Origin: Octopus vulgaris
Taxonomy: Eukaryota
Length of the DNA stretch: 64,000 bases
Direction: 5' to 3'
NCBI GenBank assembly: GCA_951406725.2
Contig: OX597819.1
Span: 119,970,001 to 120,034,000, forward strand
Part shown: positions 25,620 to 39,120 of the stretch, piece by piece
How positions within the stretch are numbered: position 1 is the first letter of the stretch
Layout of the letters: every line of letters begins with the position of its first letter
Position numbers and translations under genes: made by a program
The notes under the pieces: generated by a model
What the model was told of the DNA's origin: nothing
Database searches by the model: none
Seen by the model: the letters and a program-made list of their open reading frames with translations, nothing else

Positions 25620-26352
25620 GTTTTAATGGAAGTGACAAAGAATTCTCCTTTGTCAGCATATTCAGCATATTTTGCTTTATGTGTTCAATAAAGGCAACAA
25701 GGCAACGGAAAGTGCAAGCAATATAAATGCAGTATATGGGGATCGGACAATAAGCATAAACCAGTGTCAACGGGGCATCCACAAACTCCCAAGCCGAAAC
25801 TAGAGTTTAGAAGACTAACTACATCCTGAAAGAATTGTAGAACTCGACGAGGATGTCCTGAAAACCCTGGTAGAACAAAATATCATCGTATCTGTTGAGG
25901 GACTACTAGAAAAGGTTGGATTTGATCATTCAACCACTCATTCAAGTCAGCGCTAGAAGAAAAACCATCATCTTTGGTTCAAGATAAAAGGTGTTCTTCC
26001 ATCAGGCCACATAGAGTGAGAAGGACATTCCAATGGCTACAACATTTTGAATGGTAAATGCTGTCCCACCCTCCGTATTCGCCAGACATTATTTGATTAT
26101 CATTTATTCTGCAGTCTTTTCTGGACAGAAAAAATATGAATTCTGTAGACGAGGTCAAATCAGTACTGGAGGAATACTTTTCGTCACAAACAAGTGGATT
26201 TTGGAAGACAGGCCTTGCAAGTCTACCAGGTAGATGGAAGAGCATTGTAGAAAATGAAGGCGAGTATATTTTACATTAGCGAAGAACTTTGTGTTAATTT
26301 TGAAAAATAAAGAAGTATAAAAAAAACTGCATCACTTATGGAATGACCCAAA
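25620..26352 (+). pseudogene. Mariner (DD34D-type) transposase remnant
   Basis: HILLYVFNKGNKATESA..INAVYGD, ELDEDVLKTLVEQN, HPPYSPDI..DYHLF and GLASLPGRWKSIVENEGEYI, with an internal deletion. Confidence 0.85.
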
Positions 26353-26799
26353 TTCTTCAACCTATTATAGGGTCGTAACATACAGTTCCTCTTCTTCATT
26401 TCATGTATTTAGTGTCAAATTACTTATTTGTATTCAATATCTGCCGGATGCACTTATGTGAAGGAGATTTTCATTGAGTACAGTTTGTTATTAAAGTTTC
26501 CATTCATACTATTCTGTTAGTTATGTTTTCTAATGCGGGAGCCTTTATATGATCACTAGACCAGGTGGAAATAGATCCCTAATATTCCTCAAATAGCAAT
26601 CTATTGACGTAAAGAAATATCAATTTGAAAATGTAGTCGTGAGTACATCCAAAAAAAGTGATTTGTTCATAATGATTAATGAATTGAATTAATTAGTTCT
26701 TTATTCTGTCAAGACTTGATCTAGCAGAAGACAGCCACCATATGCCACTTGCTATTAGATATTCTTTACAACCTCTGAATTTTTTCTGTTTTTCAATAA

Positions 26800-27188
26800 T
26801 CATTTCTACTATAGGTGCAAGGCCTGAAAAGTTTTGGGAGAGGGAGAAGTCGATTACATCGACCCCAGTGCTCAACTTATCGACCCCGAAAGGATGAAAG
26901 GCAAAGTTGACCTTGGCGGAATTTGAACTTAGAACATAACGACTGGCGAAATAGCTATTTCTTTACTACCCACAAGGGGCTAAACACAGAGAGGACAAAG
27001 AAGGACAGACAAACGGATTAAGTCGATTACATCGACCGCAGTGCGTAACTGGTACTTTATTTATCGACCCCGAAAGGATGAAAAGTAATGTCGACCTCAG
27101 CGGAATTTGAACTCAGAACGTAACGGCAGACGAAATACTTCTAAGCATTTCGCCCGGCGTCCTAACGGTTCTGCCAGCCCACCGCTTT
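26800..27188 (-). mobile_element. Two stacked SINE family B copies
   Basis: A full copy at ~26956-27188 abuts a partial copy at 26800-26955. Confidence 0.85.
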
Positions 27189-27748
27189 TGTATTTTCCTA
27201 TAATAGAACCCCTAAATGGTCATAGGATCTGCTAGAAGAGCAGCCTGATACACCCAAATAGCATCGTACTGCCATAATGCATGACGTCTTTGGTTATGTG
27301 CCTGATTAATTTGTACCACAGCTGTCAGGGGATTAAACAGCAAACATATGCAGCAATGTGGAGCTGCAGGTAAATATTTAGTTAGCGCCTTTTAAAGCAT
27401 GTATTAAAAACTTCCACATAACAACAGCATTCATAAACTTCGAAATTGTAGTCTTTTTTTTTACAATGTGTCTTCGCATTTTCTTTCACACAACCCACCT
27501 AACTATAAGCTATTAAACACATTAACATCTTTACCAAAGAGTGAATATCATCGGAACGCTTGTCAATTGAATAATGTTGCCATTGATGAGATGGGTTATT
27601 TCTTTATCCTATGTAATCTATTTAGAGCTTATTTGAATGAGGTGTCTGTGAACAAAATGTCACGGAGGCCATGAATAGATCTCAGCAGCAAGTACATGAC
27701 AAGCGCTCCCAACTGTCTACTTCCATATATTTAACTCCATCTACATTG

Positions 27749-27806
<58 letters not shown>

Positions 27807-28379
27807 CATTATCATTGCTGTTTTGCTGTTGTTTTCGTTTGTAAAGTTCCTATTCTCGTGACCTCAGTATATAAATACAGCTAGATAAATTGACTTTAAC
27901 TTGGAAAATTCTCATAGATTATATAAAAAGAAAATTCTGATGAAATTTCCGTAGCAAAAATAAAAGAAAAAAAATACAATATATACACGTATACATACAT
28001 TAATCAAACGTTCTTCTTCCTTCCTTTCTATAGAGTTTGTTTGCTTTTATTAGAATCATTCCTTACGGTATTCAGATTATTGGTTCCGTTAGTGTAAGTG
28101 TGGTAAAATAGTCCGTATCCCGGATGTTATCTATTCGGCTATAGTACGTAACACGGACGTTTCATGCAGTTTCTAATCGGGCATAAAGATACTGATACGA
28201 AAGAAAGCTTTTCTAGTTTGATGCCATTGTATTGTTGATTAACTACATGGAGTCGTCTTACACGCAAAGTCAGAGTTTTATTTTATTTTGTTTCTGTTTT
28301 TAGTTTTATTTTTATCTTCTCAATTTGCTTCGAAGATCATAACGAATTATTCTATCTTCTTTTTCTAATTCTTTCTCTG

Positions 28380-28719
28380 TGTCCATCACTTCTTCTTCTT
28401 CTTCTTCTTTTTCTTCTTCTTCTTCTTCTTCCATTCCTTTCTTCTTCTCCTCCTTCTTCTACTTCTTCCAGTTATTTATTTATTTTCTTCTTTTTCTCTT
28501 TCTTCCATTTATATCTTTTATTTCTTCTTCCATTTCTTTCTTCTTACTTTTATTTCTTTTCTTTTAGTTCTTCTTTTCTTGTTGTTGTTGTTGTTGTTGT
28601 TCTTCTTCTTCTTCTTCTTCTTCTTCTTCTTCTTCTTCTCCTACTCCTCCTCCTACTACTACCACTAACAATAACACCATTACGCCTACCACCACCACCA
28701 CCACCACCACCACTACTTG

Positions 28720-28751
<32 letters not shown>

Positions 28752-29200
28752 ACAACTACTACGCCTACCACCACCACCACCACCATCACCACTACTACTA
28801 CTACTACTACTAATACTTGTTAACAATCTTCTTTTCAGCCTATATCGTATTTTCTACATCTCAAAAGTCTTGCATTTTCTTTCCTATTCTTTCTTCTCCA
28901 TCATCCTCATTCCTATCCATCTTTTTTTCTCCTCCTCACCTTCATCCCCATCCTTTTCTCCTCCTCATCCTCATCTCATCCCCATCCTTCTGTTTTCCCC
29001 TTCTTCTTCTACTTCATATCCTTTCCCTCCTCCTTCTCTTCTTCTAATCTATCTTTTTATTTGCCTCTATTTCTCCACCCCACCCCCCACCCACCCCCAA
29101 CCACTCTTCTATATCACTTCTGCGATTTCTTTCTACTTCTTCATCGCGCCTTCTTCTACTTCATCTCATCACCTCTCTTCTGTTTTGGTTCTTATAATGT
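28380..29200. repeat. Pyrimidine-rich low-complexity tract with (CTT)n, (TTG)n, (CAC)n and (CTA)n
   Basis: Direct reading. Confidence 0.85.
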
Positions 29201-30639
29201 TCTTACTGTTATTGTTTCGGCTTCTGCTGTTGTTCCTGTTTTTGACGTTGCTTTTATCTGAAAATCCAGCAGATAATCAACGGTAAATCCCCACTCTAGC
29301 ATATTTCCTAATATTACTGACTGGTTATTTCAATAATGTCATAGTCGTCCTTGGGACTTTTCCTTTTCTTTTGTTCTCATACATCTTTCTCTCCCAGTGA
29401 AGTGTGAATACAACAGGCTTTTTTCTATCATTCTTATTTGCTTCTACTAGAGGTTCATTCGTTGCATTGATAAGCCAACATAATACTGACATGTAAAGGA
29501 AAATAAAATTAGAATCAGTCAGTCAATATCTTCAGAAAGCTGCATCAGAGCGTGCATGGATGAAACAACAGCTAGAAAGAGGTATCTTATACAAAACCAG
29601 TTTAGTATGCATATACATTCCCATTTTACGAAATTGCATTTCAACAAAATGCTGGTACTATAGAAGTGTGCTATCGCTGACATATGGGGAAGAAGACAAA
29701 CTTTCAAAGTGTGGTAATGTAACAAAGAAGATAAAGGCTTCGCTCGTTTCGTTGCTGCGTCCTTTTGTTAGATTGTATTATGTTGTTATCTAACTGAAGG
29801 ATAAAAATGTTATTAGCTGAGCAGTTGCTGCCATTAAGAAGCGTTGCTCGGCGCTTTGTTGCAGTTAGACTAACGAAATAATTGTTCGGCTGTTCAAATC
29901 TCTCATTTCCGCAACAGTATGGGAGACACATGGGGAAAACTGAAACTTAATCAATCTTCCGAGCTATAGAAATGTGTACCATGGGCAGATAAAGAAAAAA
30001 AGAATTATTGACATTAGAACTTCGCTGCAACGCGTCAAGCTGTCAGAATAATTAACACGTCGTAGAAAATGCTTAACGGTCTTTCTTCCGTTTTTTTATG
30101 TTCTGAGTTGAAATCTTACGGAGTTCGACCTTGCTTTCATTGCTTTAGAGTCAATAATATAAAGTACCAGTCAACTAAAGCGGTTCATGTAACCGACGTG
30201 CTGTCTCCCTTCAAAATTTCTGGCCTTCAACAAATGAACAGATCGACGTTCCGTTCAGAGGAAATGCTGTGAACTGGGTGACTTATACGCCAAGAAAACT
30301 GGATCACTGGAATTATGTGTCCACAGCTCAAGAAAAAAAAATTAGAAGTACTTTTGCTGAGAACTTGACAATAGTTTCATAACACTACTGGAAATACAAA
30401 CGAAAAAATATTTGCCAATATAATCCGGTACTTACGAAACTATTCCCTCTGAAAGGATAGTACTGCCATTCGGCCCATGACTTGCTTGTGATATAAATTC
30501 TGTATTAAGCGATACAATTTCAACATGATTGCGAGATTCGGTATATAGATGCATACATATATCGAATGAGCCAAAACGTGTATACCTATCTTTGTAATGT
30601 GAGTTCTCAGTCAATGTGATGCCGAGATCTAATGCAAAG

Positions 30640-30995
30640 GATTGCAGATAGATATTTAATTATGTTTGCATCCTTTACTATACTCTGCACTTTTCAATAA
30701 CTGGATACACAATTACAAACCTAGGCTCACACACGAACATACACACTCACACACGCTCATACGGACACATGTATATATATACATGCGTACATATATGCTC
30801 AAGCACATACACACACAGATTGCAGATAAATATTTAATTGTTTTGCATCCTTTAATATACTCTGTACTTTTCAATAACTGGAGACACAATTACAAACCTA
30901 GGTTCACACACGAGCATACACACACACACACACGCACGCTCATACAGACACATGTATATATACATAAATACATACATGCTCAAGCACATACACAC
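30640..30995. repeat. ~178-bp tandem duplication
   Basis: attgcagata..tatttaatt...caattacaaacctagg occurs at 30641 and 30819. Confidence 0.85.
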
Positions 30996-31004
30996 ACACC
31001 CACT

Positions 31005-31040
<36 letters not shown>

Positions 31041-31309
31041 CATATTTACATGCGTACACGCACACGCAGGAGGCGACCAATTTTGGGTGAGGGCGTAAGT
31101 CAATTACACAACCCAAGTGCTCATTGACTGAACAGATTATCCATCCACAGAAAATTGGAAGAAACTGAGATTTTTATAATACATCCGTATTTCAAGCGTA
31201 AAACATAAAAGCCTGTTAAACTAAAATATTTTCTGTATATTTTCGTACTTTGCGTGTTCGAAGGACCCTTTTTTTTCAATCATACAGGCGATGCGATAAC
31301 AAATGATGT

Positions 31310-31742
31310 GGATCTTTTCGGTTTGATTTGCAGTTTTTTAAAATAATTTCCACGAAACTAAGCACTTTTAAACTTCGTATACTGATAGAATGTGTTTATA
31401 AAACATCATCTTCTCATGGCTTTATTGAGAAAATTCTATAGTTTGTAAGATATTTGTTGTTGTTTTTTCTTCAATTTCTGCAATTTCAACCAATCAATGA
31501 CGTCTATCGAAGTGAAAACATTCTGTGCCGTATAAACATGTCCCTCGTTTAAGAAACAGATTGGGTTTACTTATATTTCTGAAGAAAAAAAGATACCCTT
31601 CCGCCACCCCCAACCCTAACCTTAACTCTGACCCTAACCCTAAAACAGATTGAAATGCAATAGCTTCATACTAGGGTCATAATTACGGGTCATAATTTCA
31701 TGACACCGCTAAAAAAAACTGCCGTTCAAACCGAAAAGATCC
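31310..31742. mobile_element. MITE with GG-terminal TIRs and 8-bp TSD (Merlin-like)
   Basis: TIRs ggatcttttcggtttga..gcagtttttt / aaaaaactgc..tcaaaccgaaaagatcc, flanked by aatgatgt / aatgctgt. Internal (CCCTAA)-like repeats at 31610-31645. Confidence 0.75.
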
Positions 31743-32198
31743 AATGCTGTTGCTATGAGCGTGATTTTAATGAATATGAATTCATAATTTCATTACCATG
31801 ATCTGTGAAACATTTAATGCATACTGTTTGCTGAAACGTTTGCATGCAAATGGAAATTATTATTTTTTTTACACATTTTCTTCTTTTGCATGTATACCCC
31901 GATCATTCTTACTCAGTATTTTTTGCATTCTTTCTAAACCTTCTTTCCGACTGTACTTCTGAAATGCTTTCATATTCTTCTCTTTTACCGTTATTTCGTT
32001 CTTTCCATGACTTCTATATAGAATTTACTCTACTTCGCTGACACAATCAAAATAACAGACTTCTTACTAAATTTGACAGAAATATTTCAATTATAACTTA
32101 CACAAAACTTATGATTTCAATGATATATCAACGTATTCAGATAGCTTACAAACACACACGTACACACAAATACACACATACAAGCGCACACGCAGAAA

Positions 32199-32284
<86 letters not shown>

Positions 32285-32288
<4 letters not shown>

Positions 32289-32594
32289 TGTAAGAAGGGA
32301 TGACCACTAAATGGAAATCCAATAAAGAATTTTTTATTTTGTATATTTTCATCTGTCTTACCCGCCTATTTTCTGGGGTTTGCTGAATTTCTCTAGAGAA
32401 CATTCTTTTCTTCGTGGTTAGATCATAGGTGATATTTTTCTAGCATATTGGATGTCCACTTAGTGGTCATCCTTTCTTATATGTATGTAATACAAATTTT
32501 CTGAGTTTCCAGATCCTTCTATATGCTAGGCTACTGGTTTTAAATTATATGTTAATTAAATTAATATTTAATTTATCACCCTCATTATTTAAAT

Positions 32595-32600
<6 letters not shown>
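32285..32600. mobile_element. (TA)n-flanked element related to 6255-6536
   Basis: 32520-32597 is the reverse complement of 6257-6330. It shares agagaacattcttttct and has an inverted repeat taagaagggatgaccactaa / ttagtggtcatcctttctta. Confidence 0.7.
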
Positions 32601-32644
<44 letters not shown>

Positions 32645-32938
32645 TGTTTGAATGTGGGTGTGAGTGTTCAGTTTTTGCCAAACGTCCCATACAGATGGTC
32701 TGTTTATATTGATTAGTTGCTTATGTTGTACATTAGCTCATTTCCTCCATGAAATTGAAGTTGTCTGAACAGGTGCAAAGTTTACCGCACGTCAGGTGTG
32801 GAATTGAACGCAGAGCCACGTATGAGGAAAGGATTATGATCAACAACACGACGCAAAGAAACGGTACAGGAATCGCAACCATAATCACGTGATCGTGACT
32901 GAAACCTCCAAAACACTAAGCTATGTATCCTTCTTAAA

Positions 32939-33171
32939 AAGGCGGCGAGCTGGCAGAAACGGTAGCACGCAGGGCGAAATGCTTAGCCGTATTTCGTCTG
33001 CCGTTACGTTCTGAGTTCAAATTCCGCCGAGGTTGACTTTGCCTTTCATCCTTTCGGCGTCGATAAATTAAAGTACCAGTTACGCACTGTGGATCGATGT
33101 AATCGACTTAATCCGTTTGTCTGTCCTTGTTTGTCCCCTCTGTTTGTACCCTTGTGGGTAGTAAAGAAATA
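32939..33171 (+). mobile_element. SINE family B, full length with TSD
   Basis: Head through tail gtgggtagtaaagaaat, with 12-bp flanks tatgtatccttc / tatgtacccttc. Confidence 0.9.
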
Positions 33172-33603
33172 TATGTACCCTTCCTAGGCATCATCAGTGA
33201 CGTTTCGGGGATCTGGACATTTTCTGTTCTTTCGGTATCAGACCCTCTCACCCAGTTGACCCAGTAAGGGTTCACAAAATCCCAACATGCAACCCAATAG
33301 CAGCAAGCGGTTTATCTGACCCCTTTATCGAAACCCACCTTGAAACTTACTCTGCAGCTTCTCTGATGTCATTTATATCTCTCCTCTTTGTTGCCCAATT
33401 AACCCTAAGTACAGTCAGATCTAATCAGTGTATGGGTGCGCCTGCGCGTGTGTGTGTAAGCGTGCATGTACACTATTAAAAATAAGTTTTTATTGAATTT
33501 CACGTCATTACTTATTGTTTTGGTGGTATATCAAAATTCGTGCTATGAATATCATTTCAGAATTGTGTTGGAGATAATTATGTAAGTCTTTATGAATAGA
33601 TAG

Positions 33604-33916
33604 TGGAGGCTCAAAGGCTCAGTGGTTAGGGCATCGGAGTCACGGTCGGAGGATCGCGGTTTCGATTCCCACACCGGGCGTTGTGTGTGTTTATTGCGCG
33701 AAAACACATAAAAGCACCACGAGGCTCCGGCAGAGGGCGGTAATGACCCCTGTTGTACTCTTTTGCCACAACTTTCTCTCACTCTTTCTTCCTGTTTCTT
33801 GAGTAATGCTGGACTGGCGTCCTGTCCAGCTGGGGAGAACACATACGCCACAGAAACTGGGAAACTGGGCCCATGAGCCTGGCTAGGCTTGAAAAGGGCG
33901 ACGCTTATTGTTTTTA
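33604..33916 (+). mobile_element. tRNA-derived SINE family C with TSD
   Basis: A-box ggctcagtggttagggc, B-box gtttcgattcc, and a 12-bp TSD tatgaatagata at 33591 and 33917. Confidence 0.85.
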
Positions 33917-35644
33917 TATGAATAGATATTTTGAGTTCGCGATTATCGACGGCGGGGCTTTGAAATACAAAGCAGTTTGTTTGATTAACCGTACGGTACG
34001 ATTAATCAGACAACCGATTAGGTAATTGATTTAAGGATTAACCAATTGCCAGATAAACAAATAAAGAAGTGAAATGGTAGAATTCTTGTTTATTTTTTGT
34101 TATATGACCCTACTTAGTTACAAGAAAATACCAATAAAAAGTTAATTAAAACCTACCCCTCGACAAACACAATATTCGTATGTACACAACAACACAAATT
34201 TCAAAAACTATAAGCCACCAAAAGGGAAACCAGTGAATATACACGTGGAAGTAATAACACCAAGCTTTAAGAATGCTGTCAGAAGTAAGAAAGCGATGTC
34301 AGACATGCAGGAACTTCCTTTAGCTAAACCTCAAAACGATCATTTCTTTGCATATTGAGATGATGATTATATACACATTGATCATGTTTTACTTTTATTT
34401 ATCTTACCCTGCTGTACATGTCGCCGATTCTATCCAATGAAAAAACACAAGTTTCCATTAAAATAGATGCATTTTTCCAGTTCTTCGTTCAGGACAAATA
34501 TTAACGAGATATATGCTTTGTCTATGCACTATATAGAAATTTATACATATTTATTACACTTGCTATTTACTTTGTACCGATTTTTGCCAATATATTCGTT
34601 TTGTCTTCTTATAACAATACCCACTGCAATGTTTGTTATTAGCTACAACAAATTGAATTTGTTTTCCTTTCATGCTTAGTATAAAGGCAGTACATATGAC
34701 TTCGCACTTGATTTCGATATGTATATTGTAGTTGCATGCACAAAATCAAATATCTTTTTCCCCTACTATATATATATATATATATATCAGTTATGTGTAT
34801 TGGAGGCAGTATTAGATTAAAATAGCAGAGCCATCTGTGTATCATACTTATGCAAATACATCGTGAAAAAGCAAATTAACTGCTGTCTTCTTTCTTTCTT
34901 TCGGTGATAATATCTCTTATGGTTACTGTGTTTACAAAACACAAATACATCAGAAGGAAAAGAAATTTGTCCAGTAGCTGCACTGAGATTGCCAGAAGCG
35001 CATGGCTTTTTTATGTAACAAGTACGCACTGACGACTGTAAAGCAACCAGACAAAGGGAGTAATAAGAAATGGTGTTAGAGAAGAGCTTTGGTGGACTCC
35101 CTAGTCGTAATTGATAGACGAGGGTTCTCCAGATTCTTGCTGCGCAACATACACAGGTCAAATGCCTGTGCTGTATAGTATCTTAGTCCCACCATCAAAT
35201 CAACATTGCCTATAAAGGAGCACGGTGTGCTGTATGTCAAATATTGGAGTGTTCGCAGGTCAACGTGAAATAAAATATTTTGATTAAAAAGACGACACCC
35301 CGGCTGGGCCAGGAATTGAAACCACGACCTTGCGAGAGTAAATGCAACAACACGGGCTCCAGGTGAACAAAGGCATGTAGGCATTTGAATATAAACGCAA
35401 ACCCAAATATAGTGGAAGGCTACAAAATGCAAAATGTAGACAGCATTTCGTCCGTCCTTACGTTCTGATTTCAAATTCCGCCGAGGTCGGCTTTGCATTT
35501 CATCCTTTCAAAGTTGACAAATGAAGTACCTGTGAAACACTGGAGTTGATGTAACCGACTAGTGCTTTCCCATGAGATTTAAGGCTTTCTTCCTTTAGTA
35601 GAAACGATTATTATTATTATCGTTGTTGCTATTGATATTAAGAC

Positions 35645-35720
<76 letters not shown>

Positions 35721-36136
35721 GTCACTCAATAGTTCTCAACCTAGTGTCCGCGGACCCCTGGTGGTCCTCAAAGATAGTACTTCTGTTTCTTTATTAGCCA
35801 CAAGGACAGGGCACCACACAGGGGAGAATACATAAAACGAATACGAATGAGAAGATTATATAACAATGAGGTTATGAATGGCTGCATGCGCCCCTCATCA
35901 CATGCAGTACCATTAATTTGTTTTACTACAGTCCATTATTATCATGTAGTTACGTAACAATTAATTATCATGTTACATACCATTGCAATTATTTGAACCG
36001 TTATATACATTATCTACAATTGTTCTATTTTGCAATAATTTTTTAAAACATAACATAAAACACTTTACTTTTTCTTTTTTTTTATTTTCCTTTTCTTTTT
36101 TCCTGTCAATTTAACATACTTATTTTCTTTTTAGTA

Positions 36137-36595
36137 TTACTTCATCAATTGTTCAATTTCCATTAGATCCACAACTGGTGGCAATTCTTTGAATTCCACC
36201 CTCAGTCCTGGTGGGTAAATGCTATCTCCACACATTTCTTTCAGTCTCTTGTAATTTTCATTTTCCATCACTATCGCCTTCATATCCTCTGCGTATGTGT
36301 ATGATGGTACTTTCACTTTTACTATTTGATTAAACTTGACAATCTTCTTCTTTGTTTCTACATTCTTTGGGTAGCTCACGTAATACCATACTCCATTTCC
36401 TCCTTGTATTTTCTTTCCTTTATTTTGAACTCTTTGTTCTCTCTTTTCTTTCTCCACTCTAAATAGTCTCTCCATCTCCTCTTCGGCCAGTTCGATTTCC
36501 GAAGCAAAGATAGTAATTCTCTCTTTATTACAGGTATAAAGCCTTATATATAGAAGAGACATTACAAGTACAGACAACACAAACGTGAGGTACAT
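36137..36595 (-). CDS. Element-borne 152-aa ORF of unknown function with hydrophobic N-terminus
   Basis: ATG-initiated and uninterrupted. N-terminus MYLTFVLSVLVMSLLYI. The C-terminal domain is paralogous to 36706-36915. Confidence 0.45.
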   Translation of the reverse strand: MYLTFVLSVLVMSLLYIRLYTCNKERITIFASEIELAEEEMERLFRVEKEKREQRVQNKGKKIQGGNGVWYYVSYPKNVETKKKIVKFNQIVKVKVPSYTYAEDMKAIVMENENYKRLKEMCGDSIYPPGLRVEFKELPPVVDLMEIEQLMK

Positions 36596-37289
36596 AAAAC
36601 GATTAACGAATGAATTATGAGGTGTGAAAAATTATGGCAATGAAATGGCTTTCTACCCCGCAAAGTAGAAAGTTCCATTTTACAATCCAGTTTGTATTAT
36701 CGTTTTTATATTTTAAAAAAACCCATTAGATCTTCAAAATTTATCACTGGTGGCAATTCATCATATTGAAACCGCAATGGTGTACCATCCATCCTATTTT
36801 CAAATATCTCTTTCAGTCTCGCTGCTTTCTCGTCATCTCGTAGCACCGCTTTCATATTTCGATTCTCTTCTTTGTCTGCCAGTTTTATTCTTATCACGCC
36901 ATTCCATTTTTGCAATTCGTTTGTCTATTTCTACATTCTTCTCGTACATCATCATCATTCTTTCGTGTTTCCCTTTATGTGGCCTTCTCTGCCGTATCTC
37001 TTCACTCTCTGCCCTTATTGCTGGTGTCTTTATCTTTCTTTGTTGCTCGCCTTCCAATTTCTCCCGTCCCTCCTAATCCTCCTTACTTATTGAAGGTTCC
37101 GGTTCTTGTGTTCGATCTCCCCTTGCTTCATTTATTCTTTTCTATTTTTCCTTTTTCTCCGCTTTTCTTTTCTTTTTCGGTGGAGATTCCCTATTTCCTC
37201 TCTTCTTCTCTACCTCAGTAAAGTCTACTTCCTTCTCTGTTATTACATTTTCTACTTCCTGACATTCCTTCTCCACCACTTCCTGTTCG

Positions 37290-37982
37290 TATTTCTGGGG
37301 ACACTTGGCCTTCATGTGCCCCCTTACTCCACATTCGAAACATTGGCGATCTTCCCTCTACCATGATTCGCAGTCTAGTTTCATCTGGTAGGATGATTTC
37401 TTCCACAATTTTATGGAGGTCAGGTAGGCTGATATAGACCATTACGTCCAGGCCATAGCCCCACCAGTTGACCTCCGTGGTCTTCGACATTATCAGGATC
37501 TCTGCTTTTTCATCTGTATTATAGAGGATGGCTTCCACAAGCCAGCCCTCGTCAATGTCGGGTGTCAGTCTCCCTATCCTCACTCTGGCCGCACGACTGT
37601 CTCTGTAAGTAGGTAGCAGTGCCCACTGTGCCGATCTCAAGGCTACGGTGGAGTATTTCTTTGTTTCGTTCTCATTAACGAAGCGCACCTCCACTGTGCC
37701 GAACCTTCGTCTACTGGTATAGAACGCAGTTACTCCTTTTACTTCCCTTAAGCACTCCTCTATTGCTTCCACAGCCGCTATCTCCACCCTCTTTGTCGCT
37801 ATATTCAACGTTTTACAGGTAATAATCCCTCTTTCTGCATTCTCCGTCACATCTTTCGGAGGTGTCAGTCTTAAGCATTCTCTTTCCTTCCTCAACAAGG
37901 CATTAAACTTCCTGTAGTCCATGTCCTCCACCTCCAGTTCACGAATTTGCTGTAGTTCAGCTATCAGGCCTTTGCTCGTCAC
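37290..37982 (-). pseudogene. LINE ORF1-like RNA-binding protein with CX2CX4HX4C knuckle (frameshifted)
   Basis: RRFGTVEVRF, RVRIGRLTPDI and IMVEGRSP, then a frameshift into the knuckle at ~37300-37345. Confidence 0.7.
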
Positions 37983-38814
37983 CGCAGTCTAACTTCCTGT
38001 TTGAACCTACATATTCATAATTACGTTATTCACCGCTTCACCCGTACGTTCCACTATGACCCCCGACCAGTAGTTTGTAAGTAAATTTGGTAGACTGAAA
38101 CTGAGTGGACGCTCGCTGTGTGTGTATATGTATGTGTCTGTGTGTCTGACTTTGAAGTTGTCCTCATTTAGACTCATCGCTTGACCATCATTGTTGGTTT
38201 AAGTAAGACTTTGTCTAAGTTCTCCTAACCTAGGCATACAGCAAACGGGCAATAGTTTTACAATGCCCCAACAAGACACAGTAGTCAGGGCTGGAATACC
38301 TTTGGGAATAGTTCTAGCCGGATATCACTGTTCACCTTGCACTACACATGGTGGAAACTTCTATGTATAAAATAATATATACTTAGTGTCCATGACACTG
38401 TTAAATGAACCAACTGTTTGAAGCAGGAGTATTAATTACATTTTCATTTGCATTTTATTATAGAAATTTTTAATGACTATGCAGAATTTAATTATGAGAC
38501 GTTTAGACGTTAATTAAGCTGACAGAGGTTAAGTGACCATTAAACAGTTAATATTTTCATCACAAAGTATCAAGTTATTGTGGAACAGAATTTTACTCTA
38601 TCGATATATTGATGTTGTCGACCTGTTTCTGATCATAACACTTAATATCAACATAATTCGTTTTACATAGATGCCGTATAAATTGATATCAGGCATCTCC
38701 AGCAAAACCTCACTACATATGGACTTGGTGCGAGGAAAGAAGAGTGGTTAAGATGTTCATATATTTTATTTAACAATATTTACGTTTGACGGATATTTGT
38801 CGTCATCTTGTTTG

Positions 38815-38870
38815 TTGTTAACACTAAGTTTCGGCTGATTTACCCTCAAGCCTTCATCAGGTGACTTGGA
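38815..38870 (-). ncRNA. Degenerate hammerhead core
   Basis: The minus strand reads CTGATGAA-GGCT-12nt-AGCC-GAAAC. Stem I is not recoverable. Confidence 0.45.
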
Positions 38871-38904
38871 AAAATTTCGAAGCTGGGTTCTCATACTTTT
38901 CGAA

Positions 38905-38905
<1 letters not shown>

Positions 38906-38958
<53 letters not shown>

Positions 38959-39022
38959 GTCATTATTATTATTATTATTATTGTCATTATTATTATTATT
39001 ATTATTGTCATTATTATTATTA

Positions 39023-39071
<49 letters not shown>

Positions 39072-39079
39072 CATTATTA

Positions 39080-39120
<41 letters not shown>
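38906..39120. repeat. (ATT)n microsatellite
   Basis: Direct reading. Confidence 0.95.

Larger units (their letters stand above)
35783..38000 (-). mobile_element. RT-less LINE-like element (L1/Tx1-type ORF1 plus extra ORF)
   Basis: A gag-like ORF1 at 37215-37982 frameshifts into CFECGVRGHMKAKC (CCHC). It is followed by charged sequence, ORFs 36706-36915 and 36137-36595, and a 3' end ccttgtggctaataaagaaa. No APE or RT motifs are visible. Confidence 0.65.

Noticed and set aside
33185-33215. Minus-strand GAAACGTC-A-CTGATGA
   Set aside because: Both core halves are present but separated by only 1 nt, with no stem I and no convincing stem II.
33604-33680. tRNA gene calls for A/B-box heads
   Set aside because: The heads continue into dispersed SINE bodies with TSDs, and no full cloverleaf can be formed.
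35727-35775. hAT-like TIR caatagttctcaacc
   Set aside because: No matching second end or TSD was found.
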